Shown here: piece by piece, positions 1 through 15,000 of the stretch
How the letters are laid out: each line of letters opens with the position of its first letter
Position numbering within the stretch: position 1 is the first letter of the stretch
DNA from: Eledone cirrhosa
Lineage: Eukaryota
Assembly (NCBI GenBank): GCA_964016885.1
Contig: OZ024742.1
Coordinates: 341,124,001 to 341,188,000, forward strand
Direction of reading: 5' to 3'
Length of the DNA stretch: 64,000 nucleotides
Position numbers and translations under genes: made by a program
Notes under the pieces: model-generated
Told to the model about the DNA's origin: nothing
The model's database searches: none
What the model saw: the letters and a program-made list of their open reading frames with translations, nothing else

Positions 1-3000
1 TCTACAGGTACTTTAGGAGTGCCTGTCTGTGTGTCTGTGTTTGTCTACAGGTACTTTAGGAGTGCCTGTCAGTGTGTCTGTGTTTGTCTACAGGTACTTT
101 AGGAGTGCCTGTCTGTGTGTCTGTGTTTGTCTATAGGTACTTTAGGAGTGCCTATCTGTGTGTCTGTGTTTGTCTACAGGTACTTTAGGAGTGCCTGTCT
201 GTGTGTCTGTGTTTGTCTATAGGTACTTTAGGAGTGCCTGTCTGTGTGTCTGTGTTTGTCTACAGGTACTTTAGGAGTGCCTGTCAGTGTGTCTGTGTTT
301 GTCTACAGGTACTTTAGGAGTGCCTGTCTGTGTGTCTGTGTTTGTCTATAGGTACTTTAGGAGTGCCTGTCTGTGTGTCTGTGTTTGTCTACAGGTACTT
401 TAGGAGTGCCTGTCTGTGTGTCTGTGTTTGTCTACAGGTACTTTAGGAGTGCCTGTCAGTGTGTCTGTGTTTGTCTATAGGTACTTTAGGAGTGCCTGTC
501 TGTGTGTCTGTGTTTGTCTATAGGTACTTTAGGAGTGCCTGTCTGTGTGTCTGTGTTTGTCTATAGGTACTTTAGGAGTGCCTGTCTGTGTGTCTGTGTT
601 TGTCTATAGGTACTTTAGGAGTGCCTGTCAGCGTGTCTGTGTTTGTCTATACGTACTTTAGGAGTGCCTGTCAGTGTGTCTGTGTTTGTCTATAGGTACT
701 TTAGGAGTGCCTGTCTGTGTGTCTGTGTTTGTCTACAGGTACTTTAGGAGTGCCTGTCAGTGTGTCTGTGTTTGTCTACAGGTACTTTAGAAGTGCCTGT
801 CAGTGTGTCTGTGTTTGTCTATACGTACTTTAGGAGTGCCTGTCAGTGTGTCTGTGTTTGTCTATAGGTACTTTAGGAGTGCCTGTCAGCGTGTCTGTGT
901 TTGTCTATACGTACTTTAGGAGTGCCTGTCAGTGTGTCTGTGTTTGTCTATAGGTACTTTAGGAGTGCCTGTCTGTGTGTCTGTGTTTGTCTACAGGTAC
1001 TTTAGGAGTGCCTGTCAGTGTGTCTGTGTTTGTCTACAGGTACTTTAGAAGTGCCTGTCAGTGTGTCTGTGTTTGTCTATACGTACTTTAGGAGTGCCTG
1101 TCAGTGTGTCTGTGTTTGTCTACAGGTACTTTAGGAGTGCCTGTCTGTGGTCTCTGTTTGTCTATAGGTACTTTAGGAGTGCCTGTCAGTGTGTCTGTGT
1201 TTGTCTATAGGTACTTTAGGAGTGCCTGTCAGTGTGTCTGTGTTTGTCTATACGTACTTTAGGAGTGCCTGTCAGTGTGTCTGTGTTTGTCTACAGGTAC
1301 TTTAGGAGTGCCTGTCAGTGTGTCTGTGTTTGTCTACAGGTACTTTAGGAGTGCCTGTCTGTGTGTCTGTGTTTGTCTACAGGTACTTTAGGAATGCCTG
1401 TCTGTGTGTCTGTGTTTTTCTACAGGTACTTTAGGAGTGCCTGTCAGTGTGTCTGTGTTTGTCTACAGGTACTTTAGGAGTGCCTGTCTGTGTCTCTGTG
1501 TTTGTCTATAGGTACTTTAGGAGTGCCTGTCAGTGTGTCTGTGTTTGTCTATAGGTACTTTAGGAGTGCCTGTCTGTGTGTCTGTGTTTGTCTATAGGTA
1601 CTTTAGGAGTGCCTGTCAGTGTGTCTGTGTTTGTCTATAGGTACGTTAGGAGTGCCTGTCAGCGTGTCTGTGTTTGTCTATAGGTACTTTAGGAGTGCCT
1701 GTCAGCGTTTCTGTGTTTGTCTATAGGTACTTTAGGAGTGCCTGTCTGTGTGTCTGTGTTTGTCTATAGGTACTTTAGGAGTGCCTGTTATTGTGTCTGT
1801 GTTTGTCTATAGGTACTTTAGGAGTGCCTGTCTGTGTGTCTGTGTTTGTCTATAGGTACTTTAGGAGTGCCTGTCAGTGTGTCTGTGTTTGTCTATACGT
1901 ACTTTAGGTGTGCCTGTCAGTGTGTCTGTGTTTGTCTATAGGTACTTTAGGAGTGCCTTTCTGTGTGTCTCTGTTTGTGTATAGGTACTTTAGGAGTGCC
2001 TGTCAGTGTGTCTGTGTTTGTCTATAGGTACTTTAGGAGTGCCTGTCTGTGTGTCTGTGTTTGTCTATAGGTACTTTAGGAGTGCCTGTCTGTGTGTCTG
2101 TGTTTGTCTATAGGTACTTTAGGAGTGCCTGTCAGCGTGTCTGTGTTTGTCTATACGTACTTTAGGAGTGCCTGTCAGTGTGTCTGTGTTTGTCTACAGG
2201 TACTTTAGGAGTGCCTGTCAGTGTGTCTGTGTTTGTCTACAGGTACTTTAGGAGTGCCTGTCTGTGTGTCTGTGTTTGTCTACAGGTACTTTAGGAGTGC
2301 CTGTCTGTGTGTCTGTGTTTGTCTACAGGTACTTTAGGAGTGCCTGTCAGTGTGTCTGTGTTTGTCTACAGGTACTTTAGGAGTGCCTGTCTGTGTGTCT
2401 GTGTTTGTCTATAGGTACTTTAGGAGTGCCTATCTGTGTGTCTGTGTTTGTCTACAGGTACTTTAGGAGTGCCTGTCTGTGTGTCTGTGTTTGTCTATAG
2501 GTACTTTAGGAGTGCCTGTCTGTGTGTCTGTGTTTGTCTACAGGTACTTTAGGAGTGCCTGTCAGTGTGTCTGTGTTTGTCTACAGGTACTTTAGGAGTG
2601 CCTGTCTGTGTGTCTGTGTTTGTCTATAGGTACTTTAGGAGTGCCTGTCTGTGTGTCTGTGTTTGTCTACAGGTACTTTAGGAGTGCCTGTCTGTGTGTC
2701 TGTGTTTGTCTACAGGTACTTTAGGAGTGCCTGTCAGTGTGTCTGTGTTTGTCTATAGGTACTTTAGGAGTGCCTGTCTGTGTGTCTGTGTTTGTCTATA
2801 GGTACTTTAGGAGTGCCTGTCTGTGTGTCTGTGTTTGTCTATAGGTACTTTAGGAGTGCCTGTCTGTGTGTCTGTGTTTGTCTATAGGTACTTTAGGAGT
2901 GCCTGTCAGCGTGTCTGTGTTTGTCTATACGTACTTTAGCAGTGCCTGTCAGTGTGTCTGTGTTTGTCTATAGGTACTTTAGGAGTGCCTGTCTGTGTGT

Positions 3001-6000
3001 CTGTGTTTGTCTACAGGTACTTTAGGAGTGCCTGTCAGTGTGTCTGTGTTTGTCTACAGGTACTTTAGAAGTGCCTGTCAGTGTGTCTGTGTTTGTCTAT
3101 ACGTACTTTAGGAGTGCCTGTCAGTGTAGTCTGTGTTTGTCTATAGGTACTTTAGGAGTGCCTGTCTGTGTGTCTGTGTTTGTCTACAGGTACTTTAGGA
3201 GTGCCTGTCAGTGTGTCTGTGTTTGTCTACAGGTACTTTAGAAGTGCCTGTCACTCTGTCTATGTTTGTCTACAGGAACTTTAGGAGTGCCTGTCTGTGT
3301 GTCTGTGTTTGTCTATAGGTATTTTCGGAGTGCCTGTCTATGTGTCTGTGTTTGTCTACAGGTACTTTAGGAGTGCCTGTCTGTGTGTCTGTGTTTGTCT
3401 ACAGGTACTTTAGGAGTGCCTGTCAGTGTGTCTGTGTTTGTCTATAGGTACTTTAGGAGTGCCTGTCTGTGTGTCTGTGTTTGTCTACAGGTACTTTAGG
3501 ATTGCCTGTCAGTGTGTCTGTGTTTGTCTATAGGTACTTTAGGAGTGCCTGTCTGTGTGTATGTGTTTGTCTATAGGTACTTTAGGAGTGCCTGTCCGTG
3601 TGTCTGTGTTTGTCTATAGGTACTTTAGGAGTGCCTGTCAGCGTGTCTGTGTTTGTCTATAGGTACTTTGGGAGTGCCTGTCTGTGTGTCTGTGTTTGTC
3701 TATAGGTACTTTGGGAGTGCCTGTCTGTGTGTCTGTGTTTGTCTATAGGTACTTTAGGAGTGCCTGTCTGTGTGTCTGTGTTTGTCTACAGGTACTTTAG
3801 GAGTGCCTGTCTGTGTGTCTGTGTTTGTCTACAGGTACTTTAGGAGTGCCTGTCTGTGTGTCTGTGTTTGTCTATAGGTACTTTAGGAGTGCCTGTCTGT
3901 GTGTCTGTGTTTGTCTATAGGTACTTTAGGAGTGCCTGTCTGTGTGTCTGTGTTTGTCTACAGGTACTTTAGGAGTGCCTGTCTGTGTGTCTGTGTTTGT
4001 CTATAGGTACTTTAGGAGTGCCTGTCTGTGTGTCTGTGTTTGTCTATAGGTTCTTTAGGAGTGCCTGTCAGTGTGTCTGTGTTTGTCTATAGGTACTTTA
4101 GAAGTGCCTGTCTGTGTGTCTGTGTTTGTCTATAGATACTTTAGGAGTGCCTGTCTGTGTGTCAGTGTTTGTCTATAGGTACTTTAGGAGTGCCTGTCTG
4201 TGTGTCTGTGTTTGTCTATAGGTACTTTAGAAGTGCCTGTCAGCGTGTCTGTGTTTGTCTATAGGTACTTTAGGAGTGCCTGTCTGTGTGTCTGTGTTTG
4301 TCTATAGGTACTTTAGGAGTGCCTGTTATTGTGTCTGTGTTTGTCTATAGGTACTTTAGGAGTGCCTGTCTGTGTGTCTGTGTTTGTCTATAGGTACTTT
4401 AGGAGTGCCTGTCAGTGTGTCTGTGTTTGTCTATACGTACTTTAGGTGTGCCTGTCAGTGTGTCTGTGTTTGTCTATAGGTACTTTAGGAGTGCCTTTCT
4501 GTGTGTCTCTGTTTGTCTATAGGTACTTTAGGAGTGCCTGTCAGTGTGTCTGTGTTTGTCTATAGGTACTTTAGGAGTGCCTGTCTGTGTGTCTGTGTTT
4601 GTCTATAGGTACTTTAGGAGTGCCTGTCTGTGTGTCTGTGTTTGTCTATAGGTACTTTAGGAGTGCCTGTCAGCGTGTCTGTGTTTGTCTATACGTACTT
4701 TAGGAGTGCCTGTCAGTGTGTCTGTGTTTGTCTACAGGTACTTTAGGAGTGCCTGTCAGTGTGTCTGTGTTTGTCTACAGGTACTTTAGGAGTGCCTGTC
4801 TGTGTGTCTGTGTTTGTCTACAGGTACTTTAGGAGTGCCTGTCTGTGTGTCTGTGTTTGTCTACAGGTACTTTAGGAGTGCCTGTCAGTGTGTCTGTGTT
4901 TGTCTACAGGTACTTTAGGAGTGCCTGTCTGTGTGTCTGTGTTTGTCTATAGGTACTTTAGGAGTGCCTATCTGTGTGTCTGTGTTTGTCTACAGGTACT
5001 TTAGGAGTGCCTGTCTGTGTGTCTGTGTTTGTCTATAGGTACTTTAGGAGTGCCTGTCTGTGTGTCTGTGTTTGTCTACAGGTACTTTAGGAGTGCCTGT
5101 CAGTGTGTCTGTGTTTGTCTACAGGTACTTTAGGAGTGCCTGTCTGTGTGTCTGTGTTTGTCTATAGGTACTTTAGGAGTGCCTGTCTGTGTGTCTGTGT
5201 TTGTCTACAGGTACTTTAGGAGTGCCTGTCTGTGTGTCTGTGTTTGTCTACAGGTACTTTAGGAGTGCCTGTCAGTGTGTCTGTGTTTGTCTATAGGTAC
5301 TTTAGGAGTGCCTGTCTGTGTGTCTGTGTTTGTCTATAGGTACTTTAGGAGTGCCTGTCTGTGTGTCTGTGTTTGTCTATAGGTACTTTAGGAGTGCCTG
5401 TCAGTGTGTCTGTGTTTGTCTACAGGTACTTTAGAAGTGCCTGTCAGTGTGTCTGTGTTTGTCTATACGTACTTTAGGAGTGCCTGTCAGTGTGTCTGTG
5501 TTTGTCTATAGGTACTTTAGGAGTGCCTGTCTGTGTGTCTGTGTTTGTCTACAGGTACTTTAGGAGTGCCTGTCAGTGTGTCTGTGTTTGTCTACAGGTT
5601 CTTTAGAAGTGCCTGTCACTCTGTCTATGTTTGTCTACAGGAACTTTAGGAGTGCCTGTCTGTGTGTCTGTGTTTGTCTATAGGTATTTTCGGAGTGCCT
5701 GTCTATGTGTCTGTGTTTGTCTACAGGTACTTTAGGAGTGCCTGTCTGTGTGTCTGTGTTTGTCTACAGGTACTTTAGGAGTGCCTGTCAGTGTGTCTGT
5801 GTTTGTCTATAGGTACTTTAGGAGTGCCTGTCTGTGTGTCTGTGTTTGTCTACAGGTACTTTAGGATTGCCTGTCAGTGTGTCTGTGTTTGTCTATAGGT
5901 ACTTTAGGAGTGCCTGTCTGTGTGTATGTGTTTGTCTATAGGTACTTTAGGAGTGCCTGTCCGTGTGTCTGTGTTTGTCTATAGGTACTTTAGGAGTGCC

Positions 6001-9000
6001 TGTCAGCGTGTCTGTGTTTGTCTATAGGTACTTTGGGAGTGCCTGTCTGTGTGTCTGTGTTTGTCTATAGGTACTTTAGGAGTGCCTGTCTGTGTGTCTG
6101 TGTTTGTCTACAGGTACTTTAGGAGTGCCTGTCTGTGTGTCTGTGTTTGTCTACAGGTACTTTAGGAGTGCCTGTCTGTGTGTCTGTGTTTGTCTATAGG
6201 TACTTTAGGAGTGCCTGTCTGTGTGTCTGTGTTTGTCTATAGGTACTTTAGGAGTGCCTGTCTGTGTGTCTGTGTTTGTCTACAGGTACTTTAGGAGTGC
6301 CTGTCTGTGTGTCTGTGTTTGTCTATAGGTACTTTAGGAGTGCCTGTCTGTGTGTCTGTGTTTGTCTATAGGTTCTTTAGGAGTGCCTGTCAGTGTGTCT
6401 GTGTTTGTCTATAGGTACTTTAGAAGTGCCTGTCTGTGTGTCTGTGTTTGTCTATAGATACTTTAGGAGTGCCTGTCTGTGTGTCAGTGTTTGTCTATAG
6501 GTACTTTAGGAGTGCCTGTCTGTGTGTCTGTGTTTGTCTATAGGTACTTTAGAAGTGCCTGTCAGCGTGTCTGTGTTTGTCTATAGGTACTTTAGGAGTG
6601 CCTGTCTGTGTGTCTGTGTTTGCCTATAGGTACTTTAGGAGTGCCTGTCAGCGTGTCTGTGTTTGTCTATAGGTACTTTAGGAGTGCCTGTCAGCGTGTC
6701 TGTGTTTGTCTATAGGTACTTTAGGAGTGCCTGTCTGTGTGTCTGTGTTTGTCTACAGGTAATTTAGGAGTGCCTGTCTGTGTGTCTGTGTTTGTCTATA
6801 GGTACTTTAGGAGTGCCTGTCAGTGTGTCTGTGTTTGTCTATAGGTACTTTAGGAGTGCCTATCTGTGTGTCTGTGTTTGTCTACAGGTAATTTAGGAGT
6901 GCCTGTCAGCGTGTCTGTGTTTGTCTATAGGTACTTTAGGAGTGCCTGTCTGTGTGTCTGTGTTTGCCTATAGGTACTTTAGGAGTGCCTGTCAGCGTGT
7001 CTGTGTTTGTCTATAGGTACTTTAGGAGTGCCTGTCTGTGTGTCTGTGTTTGTCTATAGGTACTTTAGGAGTGCCTGTCTGTGTGTCTGTGTTTGTCTAT
7101 AGGTACTTTAGGAGTGCCTGTCAGCGTGTCTCTGTTTGTCTATAGGTACTTTAGGAGTGCCTGTCTGTGTGTCTGGGTTTGTCTATAGGTACTTTAGGAG
7201 TGCATGTCAGTGTGTCTGTGTTTGTCTATAGGTACTTTAGGAGTGCCTGTCTGTGTGTCTGTGTTTGTCTATAGGTACTTTAGGAGTGCCTGTCTGTGTG
7301 TCTGTGTTTGTCAATAGGTACTTTAGGAGTGCCTGTCTGTGTGTCCGTGTTTGTCTATAGGTACTTTAGGAGTGCCTGTCTGTGTGTCTGTGTTTGTCTA
7401 TAGGTACTTTAGGAGTGCCTGTCAGTGTGTCTGTGTTTGTCTATAGGTACTTTAGGAGTGCCTGTCTGTGTGTCTGTGTTTGTCTATAGATACTTTAGGA
7501 GTGCCTGTCAGTGTGTCTGTGTTTGTCTATAGGTACTTTAGAAGTGCCTGTCTGTGTGTCTGTGTTTGTCTATAGATACTTTAGGCGTGCCTGTCTGTGT
7601 TAGTGTTTGTCTATAGGTACTTTAGGAGTGCCTGTCAGTGTGTCTGTGTTTGTCTATAGGTACTTTAGGAGTGCCTGTCTGTGTGTCTGTGTTTGTCTAT
7701 AGATACTTTAGGAGTGCCTGTCTGTGTGTCTGTGTTTGTCTGTAGGTACTTTAGGAGTGCCTGTCTGTGTGTCTGTGTTTGTCTATAGTTACTTTAGAAG
7801 TGCCTGTCTGTGTGTCTGTGTTTGTCTATAGGTACTTTAGGAGTGCCTGTCTGTGTGTCTGTGTTTGTCTATAGGTAATTTAGAAGTGCCTGTCTGTGTG
7901 TCTGTGTTTGTCTATAGGTACTTTAGAAGTGCCTGTCTGTGTGTCTGTGTTTGTCTATAGGTACTTTAGGAGTGCCTGTCAGTGTGTCTGTGTTTGTCTA
8001 TAGGTACTTTACAAGTGCCTGTCTGCGTGTCTGTGTTTGTCTATAGGTACTTTAGGAGTGCCTGTCTGTGTGTCTGTGTTTGTCTATAGGTACTTTAGGA
8101 GTGCCTTTCTGTGTGTCTCTGTTTGTCTATAGGTATGTTAGGAGTGCCTGTCTGTGTGTCTGTGTTTGTCTATAGGTACTTTAGGAGTGCCTGTCAGCGT
8201 GTCTGTGTTTGTCTATAGGTACTTTAGGAGTGCCTGTCTGTGTGTCTGTGTTTGTCTATAGGTACTTTAGGAGTGCTTGTCTGTGTGTCTGTGTTTGTCT
8301 ATAGGTACTTTAGGAGTGCCTGTCTGTGTGTCTGTGTTTGTCTATAGGTACTTTAGGAGTGCCTGTCTGTGTGTCTGTGTTTGTCTATAGGTACTTTAGG
8401 AGTGCCTGTCTGTGTGTCTGTGTTTGTCTATAGGTTCTTTAGGAGTGCCTGTCAGTGTGTCTGTGTTTGTCTATAGGTACTTTAGAAGTGCCTGTCTGTG
8501 TGTCTGTGTTTGTCTATAGATACTTTAGGAGTGCCTGTCTGTGTGTCAGTGTTTGTCTATAGGTACTTTAGGAGTGCCTGTCTGTGTGTCTGTGTTTGTC
8601 TATAGGTACTTTAGAAGTGCCTGTCAGCGTGTCTGTGTTTGTCTATAGGTACTTTAGGAGTGCCTGTCTGTGTGTCTGTGTTTGTCTATAGGTACTTTAG
8701 GAGTGCCTGTTATTGTGTCTGTGTTTGTCTATAGGTACTTTAGGAGTGCCTGTCTGTGTGTCTGTGTTTGTCTATAGGTACTTTAGGAGTGCCTGTCAGT
8801 GTGTCTGTGTTTGTCTATACGTACTTTAGGTGTGCCTGTCAGTGTGTCTGTGTTTGTCTATAGGTACTTTAGGAGTGCCTTTCTGTGTGTCTCTGTTTGT
8901 CTATAGGTACTTTAGGAGTGCCTGTCAGTGTGTCTGTGTTTGTCTATAGGTACTTTAGGAGTGCCTGTCTGTGTGTCTGTGTTTGTCTATAGGTACTTTA

Positions 9001-12000
9001 GGAGTGCCTGTCTGTGTGTCTGTGTTTGTCTATAGGTACTTTAGGAGTGCCTGTCAGCGTGTCTGTGTTTGTCTATACGTACTTTAGGAGTGCCTGTCAG
9101 TGTGTCTGTGTTTGTCTACAGGTACTTTAGGAGTGCCTGTCAGTGTGTCTGTGTTTGTCTACAGGTACTTTAGGAGTGCCTGTCTGTGTGTCTGTGTTTG
9201 TCTACAGGTACTTTAGGAGTGCCTGTCTGTGTGTCTGTGTTTGTCTACAGGTACTTTAGGAGTGCCTGTCAGTGTGTCTGTGTTTGTCTACAGGTACTTT
9301 AGGAGTGCCTGTCTGTGTGTCTGTGTTTGTCTATAGGTACTTTAGGAGTGCCTGTCTGTGTGTCTGTGTTTGTCTACAGGTACTTTAGGAGTGCCTGTCA
9401 GTGTGTCTGTGTTTGTCTACAGGTACTTTAGGTGTGCCTGTCTGTGTGTCTGTGTTTGTCTATAGGTACTTTAGGAGTGCCTGTCTGTGTGTCTGTGTTT
9501 GTCTACAGGTACTTTAGGAGTGCCTGTCTGTGTGTCTGTGTTTGTCTACAGGTACTTTAGGAGTGCCTGTCAGTGTGTCTGTGTTTGTCTATAGGTACTT
9601 TAGGAGTGCCTGTCTGTGTGTCTGTGTTTGTCTATAGGTACTTTAGGAGTGCCTGTCTGTGTGTCTGTGTTTGTCTATAGGTACTTTAGGAGTGCCTGTC
9701 TGTGTGTCTGTGTTTGTCTATAGGTACTTTAGGAGTGCCTGTCAGCGTGTCTGTGTTTGTCTATACGTACTTTAGGAGTGCCTGTCAGTGTGTCTGTGTT
9801 TGTCTATAGGTACTTTAGGAGTGCCTGTCTGTGTGTCTGTGTTTGTCTACAGGTACTTTAGGAGTGCCTGTCAGTGTGTCTGTGTTTGTCTACAGGTACT
9901 TTAGAAGTGCCTGTCAGTGTGTCTGTGTTTGTCTATACGTACTTTAGGAGTGCCTGTCAGTGTGTCTGTGTTTGTCTATAGGTACTTTAGGAGTGCCTGT
10001 CTGTGTGTCTGTGTTTGTCTACAGGTACTTTAGGAGTGCCTGTCAGTGTGTCTGTGTTTGTCTACAGGTTCTTTAGAAGTGCCTGTCACTCTGTCTATGT
10101 TTGTCTACAGGAACTTTAGGAGTGCCTGTCTGTGTGTCTGTGTTTGTCTATAGGTATTTTCGGAGTGCCTGTCTATGTGTCTGTGTTTGTCTACAGGTAC
10201 TTTAGGAGTGCCTGTCTGTGTGTCTGTGTTTGTCTACAGGTACTTTAGGAGTGCCTGTCAGTGTGTCTGTGTTTGTCTATAGGTACTTTAGGAGTGCCTG
10301 TCTGTGTGTCTGTGTTTGTCTACAGGTACTTTAGGATTGCCTGTCAGTGTGTCTGTGTTTGTCTATAGGTACTTTAGGAGTGCCTGTCTGTGTGTATGTG
10401 TTTGTCTATAGGTACTTTAGGAGTGCCTGTCCGTGTGTCTGTGTTTGTCTATAGGTACTTTAGGAGTGCCTGTCAGCGTGTCTGTGTTTGTCTATAGGTA
10501 CTTTGGGAGTGCCTGTCTGTGTGTCTGTGTTTGTCTATAGGTACTTTGGGAGTGCCTGTCTGTGTGTCTGTGTTTGTCTATAGGTACTTTAGGAGTGCCT
10601 GTCTGTGTGTCTGTGTTTGTCTACAGGTACTTTAGGAGTGCCTGTCTGTGTGTCTGTGTTTGTCTACAGGTACTTTAGGAGTGCCTGTCTGTGTGTCTGT
10701 GTTTGTCTATAGGTACTTTAGGAGTGCCTGTCTGTGTGTCTGTGTTTGTCTATAGGTACTTTAGGAGTGCCTGTCTGTGTGTCTGTGTTTGTCTACAGGT
10801 ACTTTAGGAGTGCCTGTCTGTGTGTCTGTGTTTGTCTATAGGTACTTTAGGAGTGCCTGTCTGTGTGTCTGTGTTTGTCTATAGGTTCTTTAGGAGTGCC
10901 TGTCAGTGTGTCTGTGTTTGTCTATAGGTACTTTAGAAGTGCCTGTCTGTGTGTCTGTGTTTGTCTATAGATACTTTAGGAGTGCCTGTCTGTGTGTCAG
11001 TGTTTGTCTATAGGTACTTTAGGAGTGCCTGTCTGTGTGTCTGTGTTTGTCTATAGGTACTTTAGAAGTGCCTGTCAGCGTGTCTGTGTTTGTCTATAGG
11101 TACTTTAGGAGTGCCTGTCTGTGTGTCTGTGTTTGCCTATAGGTACTTTAGGAGTGCCTGTCAGCGTGTCTGTGTTTGTCTATAGGTACTTTAGGAGTGC
11201 CTGTCAGCGTGTCTGTGTTTGTCTATAGGTACTTTAGGAGTGCCTGTCTGTGTGTCTGTGTTTGTCTACAGGTAATTTAGGAGTGCCTGTCTGTGTGTCT
11301 GTGTTTGTCTATAGGTACTTTAGGAGTGCCTGTCAGTGTGTCTGTGTTTGTCTATAGGTACTTTAGGAGTGCCTATCTGTGTGTCTGTGTTTGTCTACAG
11401 GTAATTTAGGAGTGCCTGTCAGCGTGTCTGTGTTTGTCTATAGGTACTTTAGGAGTGCCTGTCTGTGTGTCTGTGTTTGTCTATAGGTACTTTAGGAGTG
11501 CCTGTCAGCGTGTCTGTGTTTGTCTATAGGTACTTTAGGAGTGCCTGTCTGTGTGTCTGTGTTTGTCTATAGGTACTTTAGGAGTGCCTGTCTGTGTGTC
11601 TGTGTTTGTCTATAGGTACTTTAGGAGTGCCTGTCAGCGTGTCTCTGTTTGTCTATAGGTACTTTAGGAGTGCCTGTCTGTGTGTCTGGGTTTGTCTATA
11701 GGTACTTTAGGAGTGCATGTCAGTGTGTCTGTGTTTGTCTATAGGTACTTTAGGAGTGCCTGTCTGTGTGTCTGTGTTTGTCTATAGGTACTTTAGGAGT
11801 GCCTGTCTGTGTGTCTGTGTTTGTCAATAGGTACTTTAGGAGTGCCTGTCTGTGTGTCCGTGTTTGTCTATAGGTACTTTAGGAGTGCCTGTCTGTGTGT
11901 CTGTGTTTGTCTATAGGTACTTTAGGAGTGCCTGTCAGTGTGTCTGTGTTTGTCTATAGGTACTTTAGGAGTGCCTGTCTGTGTGTCTGTGTTTGTCTAT

Positions 12001-15000
12001 AGATACTTTAGGAGTGCCTGTCAGTGTGTCTGTGTTTGTCTATAGGTACTTTAGAAGTGCCTGTCTGTGTGTCTGTGTTTGTCTATAGATACTTTAGGCG
12101 TGCCTGTCTGTGTTAGTGTTTGTCTATAGGTACTTTAGGAGTGCCTGTCAGTGTGTCTGTGTTTGTCTATAGGTACTTTAGGAGTGCCTGTCTGTGTGTC
12201 TGTGTTTGTCTATAGATACTTTAGGAGTGCCTGTCTGTGTGTCTGTGTTTGTCTATAGGTACTTTAGGAGTGCCTGTCTGTGTGTCTGTGTTTGTCTATA
12301 GTTACTTTAGAAGTGCCTGTCTGTGTGTCTGTGTTTGTCTATAGGTACTTTAGGAGTGCCTGTCTGTGTGTCTGTGTTTGTCTATAGGTAATTTAGAAGT
12401 GCCTGTCTGTGTGTCTGTGTTTGTCTATAGGTACTTTAGAAGTGCCTGTCTGTGTGTCTGTGTTTGTCTATAGGTACTTTAGGAGTGCCTGTCAGTGTGT
12501 CTGTGTTTGTCTATAGGTACTTTACAAGTGCCTGTCTGCGTGTCTGTGTTTGTCTATAGGTACTTTAGGAGTGCCTGTCTGTGTGTCTGTGTTTGTCTAT
12601 AGGTACTTTAGGAGTGCCTTTCTGTGTGTCTCTGTTTGTCTATAGGTATGTTAGGAGTGCCTGTCTGTGTGTCTGTCTTTGTCTATAGGTACTTTAGGAG
12701 TGCCTGTCAGCGTGTCTGTGTTTGTCTATAGGTACTTTAGGAGTGCCTGTCTGTGTGTCTGTGTTTGTCTATAGGTACTTTAGGAGTGCTTGTCTGTGTG
12801 TCTGTGTTTGTCTATAGGTACTTTAGGAGTGCCTGTCTGTGTGTCTGTGTTTGTCTATAGGTACTTTAGGAGTGCCTGTCTGTGTGTCTGTGTTTGTCTA
12901 TAGGTACTTTAGGAGTGCCTGTCTGTGTGTCTGTGTTTGTCTATAGGTACTTTAGGAGTGCCTGTCAGCGTGTCTGTGTTTGTCTATAGGTACTTAAGGA
13001 GTGCCTGTCTGTGTGTCTGTGTTTGTCTATAGGTACTTTAGGAGTGCCTGTCTGTGTGTCTGTGTTTGTCTATAGGTACTTTAGGAGTGCCTTTCTGTGT
13101 GTCTGTGTTTGTCTATAGGTACTTTAGGAGTGCCTGTCTTTGTGTCTGTTTATGTCTATAGGTACTTTAGGAGTGCCTGTCTGTGTGTCTGTGTTTGACT
13201 ATAGGTACTTTAGGAGTGCCTGTCAGTGTGTCTGTGTTTGTCTATAGGTACTTTAGGAGTGCCTGTCTGTGTGTCTGTGTTTGTCTATAGGTACTTTAGG
13301 AATGCCTGTCTGTGTGTCTGTGTTTGTCTATAGGTACTTTAGGAGTGCCTGTCTGTGTGTCTGTGTTTGTCTATAGGTACTTTAGGAGTGCCTGTCAGCG
13401 TGTCTGTGTTTGTCTATAGGTACTTTAGGACTGCCTGTCAGTGTGTCTGTGTTTGTCTATAGGTACTTTAGGAGTGCCTGTCAGTGTGTCTGTGTTTGTC
13501 TATAGGTACTTTAGGAGTGCATGTCTGTGTGTCTGTGTTTGTCTATAGGTACTTTAGGAGTGCCTGTCAGCGTGTCTGTGTTTGTCTATAGGTACTTTAG
13601 GAGTGCCTGTCAGTGTGTCTGTGTTTGTCTATAGGTACTTTAGGAGTGCCTGTCAGTGTGTCTGTGTTTGTCTATAGGTACTTTAGGAGTGCATGTCAGT
13701 GTGTCTGTGTTTGTCTATAGGTACTTTAGGAGTGCCTGTCAGCGTGTCTGTGTTTGTCTATAGGTTCTTTAGGAGTGCCTGTCAGCGTGTCTGTGTTTGT
13801 CTATAGGTACTTTAGGAGTGCCTGTCAGCGTGTCTGTGTTTGTCTATAGGTACTTTAGGAGTGCCTGTCTGTGTGTCTGTGTTTGTCTATAGGTACTTTA
13901 GGAGTGCCTGTCAGTGTGTCTGTGTTTGTCTATAGGTACTTTAGGAGTGCCTGTCAGTGTGTCTGTGTTTGTCTATAGGTACTTTAGGAGTGCATGTCTG
14001 TGTGTCTGTGTTTGTCTATAGGTACTTTAGGAGTGCCTGTCAGCGTGTCTGTGTTTGTCTATAGGTACTTTAGGAGTGCCTGTCAGTGTGTCTGTGTTTG
14101 TCTATAGGTACTTTAGGAGTGCCTGTCAGTGTGTCTGTGTTTGTCTATAGGTATTTTAGGAGTGCATGTCAGTGTGTCTGTGTTCGTCTATAGGTACTTT
14201 AGGAGTGCCTGTCAGCGTGTCTGTGTTTGTCTATAGGTACTTTAGGAGTGCCTGTCAGCGTGTCTGTGTTTGTCTATAGGTACTTTAGGAGTGCCTGTCA
14301 GCGTGTCTGTGTTTGTCTATAGGTACTTTAGGAGTGCCTGTCTGTGTGTCTGTGTTTGTCTATAGGTACTTTAGGAGTGCCTGTCTGTGTGTCTGTGTTT
14401 GTCTACAGGTACTTTAGGAGTGCCTGTCTGTGTGTCTGTGTTTGTCTATAGGTACTTTAGGAGTGCCTGTCAGTGTGTCTGTGTTTGTCTATAGGTACTT
14501 TAGGAGTGCCTATCTGTGTGTCTGTGTTTGTCTACAGGTAATTTAGGAGTGCCTGTCAGCGTGTCTGTGTTTGTCTATAGGTACTTTAGGAGTGCCTGTC
14601 TGTGTGTCTGTGTTTGTCTATAGGTACTTTAGGAGTGCCTGTCAGCGTGTCTGTGTTTGTCTATAGGTACTTTAGGAGTGCCTGTCTGTGTGTCTGTGTT
14701 TGTCTATAGGTACTTTAGGAGTGCCTGTCTGTGTGTCTGTGTTTGTCTATAGGTACTTTAGGAGTGCCTGTCAGCGTGTCTGTGTTTGTCTATAGGTACT
14801 TTAGGAGTGCCTGTCTGTGTGTCTGGGTTTGTCTATAGGTACTTTAGGAGTGCATGTCAGTGTGTCTGTGTTTGTCTATAGGTACTTTAGGAGTGCCTGT
14901 CTGTGTGTCTGTGTTTGTCTATAGGTACTTTAGGAGTGCCTGTCTGTGTGTCTGTGTTTGTCAATAGGTACTTTAGGAGTGCCTGTCTGTGTGTCCGTGT